Position numbers and translations under genes: made by a program. This document shows positions 10,537 to 21,147 of a DNA stretch of 64,000 nucleotides, piece after piece. Positions within the stretch are counted from its first letter, which is position 1. Each line of letters opens with the position of its first letter. Source of the stretch: Candidatus Poribacteria bacterium (GTDB lineage: Bacteria > Poribacteria > WGA-4E > WGA-3G). Below the pieces are notes generated by a model. It was not told where the DNA came from. It did no database searches and saw only the letters and a program-made list of their open reading frames with translations. The stretch lies in the NCBI GenBank assembly GCA_028820635.1, contig JAPPIG010000064.1:131074-195073 (forward strand). Direction: 5' to 3'.

Positions 10537-10902
10537 CCAGATTCCTCCAGTCTATCAAAGGTTATGATTAATCCTCTTGTCTCTTAGAGGATGTGACAAG
10601 ACACAACCGATTTTAAAAAGGATACCTTATTATAGAATTTTATGCAAGTGTTTTTAGGAAGACCACATAGACTACCATATCTTAAATAGTTCTCACATTT
10701 ATCCAAAATTCCTTATTGCAGAAGCGACCTTATGGTCGCTATGCTCTCTAAAACCAGGTAAACCTGAAAACTAAACGGCTATGTGATTATGAAGAAAGAG
10801 ATTGATTTTTTTTAGGAATAGCGTTAATATCTTATAGGGGCCAAATCATACCTATCTTTTAACAAGTCTTAACCTGAATATTAAACACAATCGGATTCTA
10901 AA

Positions 10903-12093
10903 ATGCGAAATCAGTTGAAAATCTTAATCATACTTTATCTGTGCTTGCCACTATCTGCACTCACCGCAGAAAAAAACGATCATGCCAAATACGTGCAGCA
11001 TGTGGAGCAGGGATTTGTTTTTTTATTTCAAGGAAACAATAAAGGGGCAATAGATGCATTTGAATCAGCACTTGCTGTTGAATCGAAACACTATGAAATT
11101 CTACACTATTTAGGTGTAGCATACACACAAGAAAAATTTTGGAATAAAGCAGTTGAAGTTTACCAACGCTCTTTAGAACTGAAGCCAGATAATATTGAGG
11201 CACTACATTCATTAAGCCTTGTCTATTTTAAACTCAATCAGTGGGCAGATGCAGTTGAACCTTTACGAAAGGTGATAATGCTATCTCCGCAACATGCACG
11301 CGGGCATGAACTCCTCGGAAAAGTCTACCTTAAGCAGCGTCAATTTTCGGACGCTGTTGACGTTTTAACACAAGCGATTGAGCTAAAACCCAACGCTGCA
11401 GGAAGCTACAATGATGTTGGAACTGCTTATCTCAATTTAAAGGACTACCCGCAAGCAATAGAAAACTTTACGAAAGCGATAAAGTTTGGACCGCCTCGCT
11501 ACGCAGAACCACATTATGGACTCGGTACAGCGTATCTCCGTATGGGTGAAAGAGAAAAAAGCAAAAGAGAGATGCAAATATATCAGCAGTTACAAAAGGA
11601 ATATGCTGAATATGAACGTTTCACTCGCCTAACTCGTACTGAGCCGAATAACCTTCAAGCATGGAGGGGTTTGGCAAATGTGTTAATGCAACAAAAAAGA
11701 TATAATGATGTGGTACCGGTCTTCCAGAACTGTATTGAAATTGCCACAAAAAATAAAATGTCTTCAGATGTTATTGCGAGTTTTTATCACGGACTCAGCC
11801 AAGCGTTTATCAATCTAAATTATCCTAAGCATGCCCAAGAATCAGTTCGTAAGGCTATTCAATTAGCCCCTAATATAGCGGTTTTGTATAATACGCTTGG
11901 TAGTACTTACGCCATGTTGGGAGATGTTCGAAATGCAATTCCAGCATTCCGCAAAGCAATTGAATTAGATGGCGAACAACCCCACTATCACCTCAATCTT
12001 TCAAAACTTTATCAAAGTGTCGGTAACCACAAACTTGCCAAGGAACATTATCAGGCGTATGAACATTTCTTGTCAAAACAGAAGAAAAAATAA
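10903..12093 (+). CDS. secreted TPR-repeat protein
   Basis: Signal peptide followed by multiple 34-aa TPR units (AxxxYxxAL...P motifs). Confidence 0.8.
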   Translation: MRNQLKILIILYLCLPLSALTAEKNDHAKYVQHVEQGFVFLFQGNNKGAIDAFESALAVESKHYEILHYLGVAYTQEKFWNKAVEVYQRSLELKPDNIEALHSLSLVYFKLNQWADAVEPLRKVIMLSPQHARGHELLGKVYLKQRQFSDAVDVLTQAIELKPNAAGSYNDVGTAYLNLKDYPQAIENFTKAIKFGPPRYAEPHYGLGTAYLRMGEREKSKREMQIYQQLQKEYAEYERFTRLTRTEPNNLQAWRGLANVLMQQKRYNDVVPVFQNCIEIATKNKMSSDVIASFYHGLSQAFINLNYPKHAQESVRKAIQLAPNIAVLYNTLGSTYAMLGDVRNAIPAFRKAIELDGEQPHYHLNLSKLYQSVGNHKLAKEHYQAYEHFLSKQKKK

Positions 12094-12958
12094 TCGTATC
12101 AAACTAAAAGCCGGGACAGATACGTTAGATATTAGGCTATTTTCTACAACTTTGCTTACTCTTCTATTAAGTATTGCTTTTACTATAGCTGTGTCTGCTG
12201 AGAAAAAAGAAAATCCGTTGATATTGATCCCTGGCGGCACCTTTACAATGGGAAACGAAAAACGCGCGCCAGATGAAAGACCGACACATAAAGTATATCT
12301 TGATGCTTACTATATCAGTAAATATGAGGTTACCAACGCAGAATATTATGAATTTTGGCATAGTTTGCAAGCCAATAATCCCCAAAAAACACTGGAATCG
12401 ACTCAACACACACCGGAAAATTTCACCCATCTTCCACATATTGGAGACTGGCCAGAACGCGCTACAAAATTCCCCAATCATCCCGTTGTTGGTGTGTCGT
12501 GGTATGATGCTAAAGCCTACGCTGAATGGAAAGGCATGCGACTCCCGACGGAGGCTGAATGGGAAAAGGCTGCTCGTGGTTATTCAGACCGAACATGGCC
12601 CTGGGGCAATGCAATAAAACCTTACGCTAATACATCCGACAAAAACGACGGGTATGAAAATCGTATTGCGCCTGTTGGTAGTTTTCCAAAGGGAAAGAGT
12701 TATTTTGGCGTTATGGATATGGCAGGCAACGTTTGGGAATGGACAGCAGACTGGTACAGCGATGTCTACTATTTTCATAGTCCAAAGAAAAATCCAACAG
12801 GACCAACTGTTGGTAGTTGGCGCGTTATTCGAGGCGGATCATGGATTGATACACTTCCGCGATGTAGTACAACCTTTCGATATTATTTCTACCCTACTCT
12901 GAAAACATCCTCTGTCGGTTTTCGTGTGGCAAAAACAGCAGAAAAACCTCAAAAATAG
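12059..12958 (+). CDS. formylglycine-generating enzyme (FGE/SUMF1 family), secreted
   Basis: VGVSWYDAKAYAEWKGMRLPTEAEWEKAARG, GNVWEWTADWY, RVIRGGSW. Start is uncertain: ATG at 12059 overlaps the TPR gene, and TTG at 12152 is an alternative. Confidence 0.8.
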   Translation: MNISCQNRRKNNRIKLKAGTDTLDIRLFSTTLLTLLLSIAFTIAVSAEKKENPLILIPGGTFTMGNEKRAPDERPTHKVYLDAYYISKYEVTNAEYYEFWHSLQANNPQKTLESTQHTPENFTHLPHIGDWPERATKFPNHPVVGVSWYDAKAYAEWKGMRLPTEAEWEKAARGYSDRTWPWGNAIKPYANTSDKNDGYENRIAPVGSFPKGKSYFGVMDMAGNVWEWTADWYSDVYYFHSPKKNPTGPTVGSWRVIRGGSWIDTLPRCSTTFRYYFYPTLKTSSVGFRVAKTAEKPQK

Positions 12959-12984
12959 GGCTCCCACCTTCAACCAATTCTCTA

Positions 12985-14646
12985 ATGTTAAAATCCATTT
13001 TGATTCTCTTATCTGTTTCCATAATATTTACAATTTGTAGTTCTGCTGAACAACTACCTGTTTTTGTAGATGCTACCAAAGAAGTTGGAATAGATTTCAA
13101 ACATTACAACGGTAAAACTGAACATAAACATATCATTGAGACAATGGGATCAGGTGCAGTCTTTTTTGATTATGACGCAGATGGAGATGCCGACCTTTAT
13201 CTTGTTAACAGTGGGCCGGTTCCAGAAAAAGACGTTCCTGAGAGCGATTTCTATGCTGCCAGAAACTATCTTTACCGTAATGATGGAAACGGTCACTTTA
13301 CAGATGTTACACATATTTCAGGAACAGGAGATACGGGTTACGGCATGGCTGCATCCGCAGGAGATATTGATAACGACGGGGACACTGATCTATATGTTTG
13401 TAACTTCGGTCAGGATACCCTGTACCGAAATAATGGGGACAGCACTTTTACAGATATAACAAAGGCAGCAGGTATTGATAATTCCCTCTGGAGTATTGCA
13501 GCAGTTTATCTCGATTATGATTTGGACGGTGATTTGGATATTTTTGTTGTCAACTATCTTATTTACAAATTGTCAATGCCTATAACGAAATATAAAGGGA
13601 TAGTCGGTTATGGACACCCGCGAAGTTATGCGGGAACAGCAGATGTCCTCTATAGAAACAACGGTGATGGCACCTTTACAAACGTTGCAGATGCAGCTGG
13701 ATTGGTAAACCCAAGTGAAGGACGAGGCATGGCAGCAGTTGTTTGTGACTACGATAATGATAGGTTTCCAGATATTTATGTTGCGAATGACACAGGACGT
13801 AATTTCTTATATCATAACAATGGTGACGGCACTTTTACTGATGAAAGTCTGTTTCTCGGCGTAGGATACGATGAAAATGGAGTTGCAGAAGGTTCTATGG
13901 GCGTAGATTGTGGAGACTATAATCGGGACGGTTTGTTTGACATCATCGTTGCGAATTCAGAGAAAGCGACACTCTATAAACTCCAAAATCTTGGTGATGA
14001 CAATTTCTTCTTTGAGGAGGCTACTGTGGAGAGTTTATTACAAAAACCTACTTTGCCTTATGTTGGTTTTAGCCCACTTTTTATTGATTATGATAACGAT
14101 GGACACTTGGATATATTCTGTGCAAATGGTCATCCACAGGAGGTCATTGAACAACTAACGGACTATGAAACTTTCGCACAACGGGACCAACTGTTTCACA
14201 ACAACGGCAACGGAACCTATACCGAGGTTTCACAGACTTCCGGTGATTACTTCGCTGAGGCACTTGTCGGTAGAGCAGCTGCATCAGCCGATTATGATAA
14301 CGATGGTGACATTGATATAGTCGTAATGAATTCCAATCAGCGCGCTGTGCTACTCAGAAACGAAGGAGGAAATCAGAAAAACTGGCTCGGTGTTAAACTT
14401 GTCGGAACGCAAAGTAACCGTGATGGTATAGGTGCAAAGGTGAAGGTCAGAACGGGCAACATCACTCAAATAGCGGAAGTGAAGAGTGGTTCAAGTTATG
14501 CATCGGGAAGCGATTTACGATTGTTATTTGGTTTGAATATGGCGGAGGAAGTGGATAGCATCGTTATTGCGTGGCCAAGCGGGATAGTGCAAGAATTAAA
14601 GAATATCTCTAACAATAAGACATTAACGATTGCAGAATTGGAATAA
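12985..14646 (+). CDS. CRTAC1-family protein (FG-GAP repeats plus ASPIC/UnbV domain), secreted
   Basis: Repeated DxDxDGDxD FG-GAP calcium-binding motifs; C-terminal GIGAKVKVRTGNITQIAEVKSGSSYASGSDLRLLFGL (UnbV_ASPIC). Confidence 0.8.
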   Translation: MLKSILILLSVSIIFTICSSAEQLPVFVDATKEVGIDFKHYNGKTEHKHIIETMGSGAVFFDYDADGDADLYLVNSGPVPEKDVPESDFYAARNYLYRNDGNGHFTDVTHISGTGDTGYGMAASAGDIDNDGDTDLYVCNFGQDTLYRNNGDSTFTDITKAAGIDNSLWSIAAVYLDYDLDGDLDIFVVNYLIYKLSMPITKYKGIVGYGHPRSYAGTADVLYRNNGDGTFTNVADAAGLVNPSEGRGMAAVVCDYDNDRFPDIYVANDTGRNFLYHNNGDGTFTDESLFLGVGYDENGVAEGSMGVDCGDYNRDGLFDIIVANSEKATLYKLQNLGDDNFFFEEATVESLLQKPTLPYVGFSPLFIDYDNDGHLDIFCANGHPQEVIEQLTDYETFAQRDQLFHNNGNGTYTEVSQTSGDYFAEALVGRAAASADYDNDGDIDIVVMNSNQRAVLLRNEGGNQKNWLGVKLVGTQSNRDGIGAKVKVRTGNITQIAEVKSGSSYASGSDLRLLFGLNMAEEVDSIVIAWPSGIVQELKNISNNKTLTIAELE

Positions 14647-14674
14647 ACCGTCTATTTGGCATCTACTGCCAATG

Positions 14675-14710
14675 AAAAAGCCCGCATCCATTGAGAATGC
14701 GGGCTTTTTT
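14675..14710. terminator. bidirectional intrinsic terminator between convergent genes
   Basis: AAAAAGCCCGCAT-ccattgaga-ATGCGGGCTTTTTT: a perfect GC-rich stem flanked by A-run and T-run. Confidence 0.75.
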
Positions 14711-14728
14711 GCACATAAACCTTACAGA

Positions 14729-15457
14729 TTATTTCCGCTTGATATCTGCCCAAATTGTTGTTACTTTGCCTCTTGGTTCAACAGGTGTCAGCACATCAAG
14801 GAATTGACCATCCAGCGTTGGTGCGATCTTAAGATCCTCGTCAGATTCATCAAAACGAAGATTGACGTAATCTCCACCACCGCCTTCACCGCATTTGAAA
14901 TGCAGGAAGTTTTCACCTTTAATGAGATCAATTTCTGTGGGTTGGGACGCTACTCGAGCACCACCAGTCCAGTCCGGATTGTTATAAACCTTCTCACCGT
15001 TGAGCCAGATTTCCGCATGATCATCGTGTGCGGGGTACATAGTTGTCTTCCTGTCATCCGGAGATAAGACGAGGATAATACCATGCCAAGTGATATTATT
15101 GAGATCGTTAATACCACGACTCGTTGACATATTGTTTTGGCTTTCAGTGTCAATTGTCACTACGCCCCATGCAAGAACGCCTCCGTTTTCAGGGGGCAGG
15201 TGCACAGCACGTCTACCTGTCTGTCCAGCGCCGTAGCGGGTTGAAGCATTCACGTTTGTAATGTCACCATTAGTGCCATCAGCGAGATAGTCGCGCGCGG
15301 CAGATGGACCAAAGCCTCCTGTATTCAGAACTAAATCAAGTGCCCACCACTTTTCAATCCAAGTTTCACCCGCCGGCTGCCACTTTTGAGCAAATGCCGC
15401 TGGTACGATAGTGATACACGCAAAAGCAATTGTAAGAAAAATTGCCAATTTTCTCAT
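14729..15457 (-). CDS. secreted hypothetical protein (possibly lectin/glycosidase-like beta-sandwich)
   Basis: Clear signal peptide MRKLAIFLTIAFACITIVPAAFA. No confident family assignment. Confidence 0.55.
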   Translation of the reverse strand: MRKLAIFLTIAFACITIVPAAFAQKWQPAGETWIEKWWALDLVLNTGGFGPSAARDYLADGTNGDITNVNASTRYGAGQTGRRAVHLPPENGGVLAWGVVTIDTESQNNMSTSRGINDLNNITWHGIILVLSPDDRKTTMYPAHDDHAEIWLNGEKVYNNPDWTGGARVASQPTEIDLIKGENFLHFKCGEGGGGDYVNLRFDESDEDLKIAPTLDGQFLDVLTPVEPRGKVTTIWADIKRK

Positions 15458-15762
15458 AGCTATGAAATCTCCTTATTCAGTATGCCCAAATTCGTTGTCT
15501 TTGAGTAAGAAGCGCGCTTCCCAAATTACAAATTGAGCAACATAAACTATTTTTATTATTTCGACTTGCTAGCTGTGCCGAAATTAAACTTTCTCATGGT
15601 GATAGCAAAAATACATGCAATCACACAATTAATAATTAATTACAAATTATAGCATTTTTGAATTCAAAATGCAAGAAAAATCTAAATTTTCATACAATAA
15701 TAATACTTTCAATATTTTTCTTAGTGAGCATAATAGTTAACAGGCTATCATAATTCTTATAT

Positions 15763-16326
15763 TTATTCTGCCAACTCAATCACACCACACCCAATTCGTG
15801 CCCCTGCATTTCCTGAAGGTTGAGATACAAAATCATCAGCATCTGCATGGACGATGATACCTTTTCCAACAACATCTATAATAGTACCGGTACCAATTTC
15901 CCAAAGTTCTGTTGACAATTCAATAGTTCCTGTACCATCATCGCCAACAGTTATATTGCCGATGTCGCCCAAGTGAAATTCACCTTCACCCCACTTTCCG
16001 TGTGCGACATCAGTGGGATTCCAATGCCCACCGGCAGATGTTCCGTCCGTAGCACTACAATCCCCGTTTTCGTGGATATGAACCGCGTGGACACCAGGAG
16101 ATGCATTCTTAATCTCAATGTTTAGCATGACTGTGTTACCAGTCAGTGTAAATACTGCCATGCCGGTTACTGTATTTCCACTCGTTGGATTAATTACTGC
16201 AATCGCCTGCTTTGATGTAGTCGGCATAGTTAATGTCTTTTGGACTTTTTCACAACCGATCAAAGCAATTAAACCACAAAATAGAAAAAAGATTGTTGGA
16301 CGAAATACAACGAAATTCTTTTTCAC
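15763..16326 (-). CDS. sodC: Cu/Zn superoxide dismutase, lipoprotein
   Basis: HAVHIHENGDC, GGHWNP, GDIGNITVGDDG, HADADD, CGVI; lipobox LIGC. Confidence 0.9.
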   Translation of the reverse strand: MKKNFVVFRPTIFFLFCGLIALIGCEKVQKTLTMPTTSKQAIAVINPTSGNTVTGMAVFTLTGNTVMLNIEIKNASPGVHAVHIHENGDCSATDGTSAGGHWNPTDVAHGKWGEGEFHLGDIGNITVGDDGTGTIELSTELWEIGTGTIIDVVGKGIIVHADADDFVSQPSGNAGARIGCGVIELAE

Positions 16327-16376
16327 AATTAAACTCCCTTTCTAAAATTATAGAATTTGATGAAGAAACTTTGCGA

Positions 16377-17396
16377 CTATGCCGCGACTTCTTCATTCGC
16401 ACGTTTTACAAGCGCATTCATATACGCAATGGTATATGCTGTACCAACACGATGGTCGCCTGCCATGCTCGGAATATGGTCTGGAATCAGCACACCGTTG
16501 AAGTCAACCTCGCGAAGCACTTTTGCCACTTGATACATATCTTGATACCCGTTATCCACAAATGTCTCAACAAAATGCGGTAGCGGTTGATCGACATTAC
16601 GGAAATGGACTTTGAAAATTTTACCTCTTTCACCGAAGTAACGGATAGATTCAAGAACATCTTTACCCATTAAATCTCCGCCTTCAAGCCAGCACCCGAC
16701 ACAGAAACACATGCCAACATTCGGGCTGTCAGCGATTTCAAGCGCACGTTTGTAACCCTCAAAACCACTGAAGATGCATCTGGGAATTCCAGCAAGATTC
16801 AGCGCGGGCGGGTCATCAGGATGGATACCGATCATTACACCCGCTTCTTCAGCGACTGGCGCGGCTTGTTTGATGAAGTAGGTATAATTATCCCAAATTT
16901 CCTCTTCGCTATATTCGCGTTCGTGCGAAAGCGGCATCCCATATTTTTGACCACCCCAATGTCCTTCCTGTGCAGTTTTGAGATTGAACGCGCGTGCGCT
17001 TGCACCGCCGCGGGTTGTCTCACGCTCGGTACTCCAGATACCGTTTCCCATGTGCGCGTAGGTGGTATATGGAATTCCTGCTCTACCCAAATCACGAATA
17101 TACGTTTTATACTGTTCAATTTTCGCATCACGATTTTCTAAATTAAGCACAATTCCGTCCTGATTATGCACATCGCTGTTGCCGAACCCATAGATTTTCA
17201 AACCTGCGTTCTCAAAAATCTCACGGCGGCTCATGAAGTAGTCGTAATTGGCATTTGCACCGTTTGTCCAGAGAACAACATACTCAACATCCATCTGCTT
17301 AGCGAACTGTAAATCCGCTTCGCTGGGTTCAGGGGACATCTGTGCAGTAACCTTCATTCCGGGTTCTATATTTTTCAATGGATTGCCATTTTTCAT
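16377..17396 (-). CDS. uxuA: mannonate dehydratase
   Basis: VAEEAGVMIGIHPDDPP and DMYQVAKVL match E. coli UxuA blocks. Start trimmed to MKNGNPLK, which has an AAGGAGG RBS. Confidence 0.65.
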   Translation of the reverse strand: MKNGNPLKNIEPGMKVTAQMSPEPSEADLQFAKQMDVEYVVLWTNGANANYDYFMSRREIFENAGLKIYGFGNSDVHNQDGIVLNLENRDAKIEQYKTYIRDLGRAGIPYTTYAHMGNGIWSTERETTRGGASARAFNLKTAQEGHWGGQKYGMPLSHEREYSEEEIWDNYTYFIKQAAPVAEEAGVMIGIHPDDPPALNLAGIPRCIFSGFEGYKRALEIADSPNVGMCFCVGCWLEGGDLMGKDVLESIRYFGERGKIFKVHFRNVDQPLPHFVETFVDNGYQDMYQVAKVLREVDFNGVLIPDHIPSMAGDHRVGTAYTIAYMNALVKRANEEVAA

Positions 17397-17444
17397 CTTA
17401 TGCCTCCTTTGGTTATCTGTTGACAGATACAAGAAAACGATTGT

Positions 17445-18842
17445 CTACTCGTCATCCATTGCCTCTTCTTTGAGTCGGTATAATTCTGCTGTTAATTCCT
17501 TTACAACATCAGCATATTCGGGATCGTCATAGACACTACACATCTCATTCGGGTCTTTTTCCAGATCAAAGAGTTCCCATTCCGGTTCTTTCGGTTCGTT
17601 AACGGAACCTGTTGTGCCGAGTGGTTCTCCATAATAATAGATCAGTTTATAGCGATGTGTCCGAATACCGTAGTGTGCGGGAACATAGTGGTGCGAGAGG
17701 TGCATCCAATATCGGTAATACATAGATTCTCGCCAGTCATCCGGTGTTTCACCTTCAAATATCGGACGCAAACTTGTGCCTTGCATATCGTCAGGAATTG
17801 GAATTCCAGCATAATCAAGCCATGTTTCAGCAAAATCAATGTTCAACGCCATCGCGTGTGTGGAACTCCCCGCACCTATGGCACGTGGATAGCGAACAAT
17901 AAATGGCATACGTAGCGATTCTTCATACATGAACCTTTTGTCATACCAACCGTGATCACCTAAGAAGAAACCTTGATCAGATGTATAAATGATCATTGTG
18001 TCGTCGGCAATACCATCAGTATCAAGATAGTCAAGCAACCTGCCTACATTGTCATCAATTGATGCCACGCAACGTAGGTACTCCTTTATGTAACGTTGAT
18101 ACTGCCAATTCGCTAACTCTTCATCAGATAAGCCTTCGGGCGGTGGTCCCAATTTTTCAATCTTCAAGTCTCTCTCGTTCATGTGACCGAAAACCCGCAT
18201 CTTTGCTTCCTTCGCGGCGTTTGATCGATTAGCATAATCGTCAAAGAAGTTATCTGGCATCGGAACATCACCGTCTTCAAACATGTGAGCGTGTTTTTCG
18301 TCTGAATCCCATGGACGGTGCGGTGCTTTGTGGTGAGACATAAGGAAAAACGGCTTATCTTTGTCTCGATTCTGCAGCCACTCCAATGAAAAATCTGTGA
18401 TGACGTCGGTTGCGTAGCCTTCGTGCTTTGTTCTTCCGTCTTCTTCTATCATGACAGGATCGTAATAATCACCTTGTCCGGGCAGGACGTTCCAGTAGTC
18501 AAATCCAGTCGGATCAGCATCACCACCGTGACCGAGATGCCATTTCCCGACCATAGCAGTTTGGTATCCGCTCGCTTGAAGCATCTTCGCGACATTCGGT
18601 TTTCTACCGTCAAGTTTGTCGCCTAAATTCTTTACACCGTTGAGGTGGCTATGTTTGCCTGTCAAAATGTTCGCACGGCTTGGGGTACAAATAGAGTTTA
18701 CGCAGAAGCAGTTTTGGAAAATCATACCGCCATCAGCGATGCGGTCAAGATGTGGGGTTTTGTTTATACGACTCCCGTAGCAACTCATTGCGTGAGATGC
18801 GTGGTCGTCTGACATTATAAACAGTATATTCGGTCTATTCAA
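17445..18842 (-). CDS. Cys-type sulfatase (arylsulfatase family)
   Basis: MNRPNILFIMSDDH, CTPSRANILTGK sulfatase signature (Cys target for FGE), GKWHLG. TTG start with GGAG RBS. Confidence 0.9.
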   Translation of the reverse strand: MNRPNILFIMSDDHASHAMSCYGSRINKTPHLDRIADGGMIFQNCFCVNSICTPSRANILTGKHSHLNGVKNLGDKLDGRKPNVAKMLQASGYQTAMVGKWHLGHGGDADPTGFDYWNVLPGQGDYYDPVMIEEDGRTKHEGYATDVITDFSLEWLQNRDKDKPFFLMSHHKAPHRPWDSDEKHAHMFEDGDVPMPDNFFDDYANRSNAAKEAKMRVFGHMNERDLKIEKLGPPPEGLSDEELANWQYQRYIKEYLRCVASIDDNVGRLLDYLDTDGIADDTMIIYTSDQGFFLGDHGWYDKRFMYEESLRMPFIVRYPRAIGAGSSTHAMALNIDFAETWLDYAGIPIPDDMQGTSLRPIFEGETPDDWRESMYYRYWMHLSHHYVPAHYGIRTHRYKLIYYYGEPLGTTGSVNEPKEPEWELFDLEKDPNEMCSVYDDPEYADVVKELTAELYRLKEEAMDDE

Positions 18843-19039
18843 TTGCGGCTCCTTTACGTATCAAAAGATATTTGAAAATGATGTTACGGATGTCTAATTT
18901 GCGTCTTCAGATAACTCTTATTTAAGGTATAGTATCCATATAATATCCATTTTTACTTTAGGAGTCAATCTTTTTTAATCTTTGTTTATCTTTGTTTAGA
19001 GGCATTCAATTTTCTATATTTTTTCTTTTCTCTAAAACC

Positions 19040-19230
19040 TCTTACTGTAGGAGCGACCTCGAATCAACACCAAATGCGCCTTTGGCATTTGTCCAAATCA
19101 ACACCGAATACGCGTATGGTATTCGGTGGGTCGCGAGCTGGAGCTCGCTCCTACAAAGAAATCGGGGTTACAAACCCGCAGCATGCCAAAAGCGCATGCT
19201 GCGTTGATTCACTCCTACAAAGATGTTTTG
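19040..19230. repeat. cluster of REP-like palindromic elements flanked by CAGAGGCATTCAATT inverted repeats (MITE-like)
   Basis: GTAGGAGCGACCTCG...CGCGAGCTGGAGCTCGCTCCTAC, GCAGCATGCcaaaaGCGCATGCTGC; flanking AGAGGCATTCAATT at 18997 and AATTGAATGTCTCT at 19241. Confidence 0.55.
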
Positions 19231-19379
19231 TGACAATTGAATGTCTCTGGTCTTTTACTCAGAGGCATTCAATTGTCGTCAAATTATCCGTTTTGGTCGA
19301 AAAGTTGGGACCTAAAAATCGTTCCGCAGATGTACGAATTGATTGTATTTTCTTTTCATTTCATTGGAATCATCTCCTT

Positions 19380-19426
19380 AAAAAGATACCATTTGGTATC
19401 TTTTTTGATACCGTGGTATCTTTTTG
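19380..19426. terminator. twin hairpins with T-runs (bidirectional terminator-like)
   Basis: AAAGATACCAtttGGTATCTTTTTT then GATACCgtGGTATCTTTTT. They lie ~530 bp downstream of the nearest stop, so they may terminate a long 3' UTR or an unannotated RNA. Confidence 0.4.
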
Positions 19427-19954
19427 AAATTTGCTATAAACTCAGCCTCTGTATAGGTTTATAGGTGTTTTTCTCGTTTTTCAATAAATTTTAATTTTTC
19501 CATTTCTCATCTGTATTGAAGATTCACGGTTTCCTTGTGTTCTGCATGTTTTGTGGTCTGTGTATCTTTGTGTTTCGGGATCGGTTTTGTATTTTCATAC
19601 TGATATTATACTATGTTCTGTGTGGTGATCAGAGGTTTTTGTGGTATTCGGAACAATAGATATCCAATATATTAACAATAAGTTTGCAGGAAAAGTTGGG
19701 GTTGATGCGTTTTTTGCATCTTGGATGCGTGTGCATTTTGTTGTCAGCTTGGTGGGTTGAGGCGATTTTTTGAAGTCTTGGTAAAGAAAGAAATCGTTGA
19801 AGAATTGAATGACTCTATTCTTTTGTTCTACAAAAAAGAAACACACCAGAAGTAATCTGATGCGTTGAAACAAATTCTGATTTTTATTGTTTGATGATAC
19901 GAATGAACTTATTAAATTGACATTTACTCAGTAAATTATCAGAAAATCAATTCT

Positions 19955-20983
19955 TTATTTTGCCTTTATTTCGTCCCAGGCGCGGCTGTATTGTTGTGTA
20001 AATTCACCTTGATCTTTCAACCATTCAAGTGATTCCATAACTTTTGCTGGGGGATAGATGAATTTATGCTTCTGCAGATCTTCTGGTAAGTGTTCCTTCG
20101 CAGCTGGCACACAAGTGCCATATTTCGTAAAAGTCGTAATTTTGGCATTGACCTCTGGACGAAGGAGATAATTGATAAACTTTTCGGCGAGATCTTTATG
20201 AGGAGCGGATTTTGGAATACAGACAGTGTCAATAAATTGGCTTGATCCTTCTTTTGGAATAATATAGCGGATAGAAGGACGTTCCTCTGCAGCGCGAAAC
20301 GCGTCGCCACTCCAGCAATGCGCCATAATGACATCACCCGCAATAAGCAACTCTTCAGCTTCGCTCTTGTATTGTTTAACGAATGGTTTCTGTTCAATTA
20401 GTTTCTCTTTTGCTTGCCTCAGTTGTTCAGGATCGGTTGTATTGATGCTATATCCGAGAAGTTTAAAGGCGGCGCCAAGTGTCTCACGTTGGTCATCAAG
20501 CATACTGAATTGATTTTTATATTTTTCATTCCAGAGCACTGCCCAACTTTCAGGATCAGGTGAAACCTTAGATGAATCGTAGGCGATACCTGCAGTGCCG
20601 AAGGTATATGGCACAGAATAGCGGTTTTCTGGATCGTAGTACTTACCGAGAAAAAGTGGACTGATGTTCTGAAAGTTAGGAATGTTGTCACGATTTAGTT
20701 CTGCTAACAGATTTTCCTTTACCATGATAGAAACCATATAATCTGACGGCATAATGATGTCATAACCTGTAGCCCCAACCGATATTTTAGCGAGCAGATC
20801 TTCGTTGGAACCGTAAGTATCTACAACGACATTCACACCGAATTCTTCCTCAAATCCTGACCGAATCTCGTCACTTACGTATTCTGACCAAGTAAAAATG
20901 TTTAGTTGATTCTTCTGATCGACGCAACCACACATAAAAATGGTGAGAAAGAGAAATCCCAAGAGGATGTGTCTTTTTGACAT
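19955..20983 (-). CDS. ABC transporter periplasmic substrate-binding lipoprotein (PotD/PotF-like polyamine-binding family)
   Basis: Start trimmed to MSKRHILLGFLFLTIFMCGC (lipobox). The fold-level sequence pattern is typical of SBP_bac_1/8. Confidence 0.7.
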   Translation of the reverse strand: MSKRHILLGFLFLTIFMCGCVDQKNQLNIFTWSEYVSDEIRSGFEEEFGVNVVVDTYGSNEDLLAKISVGATGYDIIMPSDYMVSIMVKENLLAELNRDNIPNFQNISPLFLGKYYDPENRYSVPYTFGTAGIAYDSSKVSPDPESWAVLWNEKYKNQFSMLDDQRETLGAAFKLLGYSINTTDPEQLRQAKEKLIEQKPFVKQYKSEAEELLIAGDVIMAHCWSGDAFRAAEERPSIRYIIPKEGSSQFIDTVCIPKSAPHKDLAEKFINYLLRPEVNAKITTFTKYGTCVPAAKEHLPEDLQKHKFIYPPAKVMESLEWLKDQGEFTQQYSRAWDEIKAK

Positions 20984-21147
20984 ATCCTGCAAACTGAAAC
21001 GATTTATAGAAAAATGTAGCATATTTTCCTCCATTCGTATCTGTTTTTGTGTTGAAGGCGAATACGTTGCCAAACGAATAGCCTTAACTACAAGAAACTC
21101 AGAAATTGACAAGGTATACTAATTATGCTAACTTAATACGTGATGGT

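Noticed and set aside
12167-12958. Several 60-115-aa ORFs on both strands inside the FGE gene
   Set aside because: They are fully nested in a gene with strong family motifs.
14630-15067. 145-aa plus-strand ORF overlapping the secreted-protein gene
   Set aside because: It is antisense to a gene with a clear signal peptide and a terminator just upstream, and it has no RBS.
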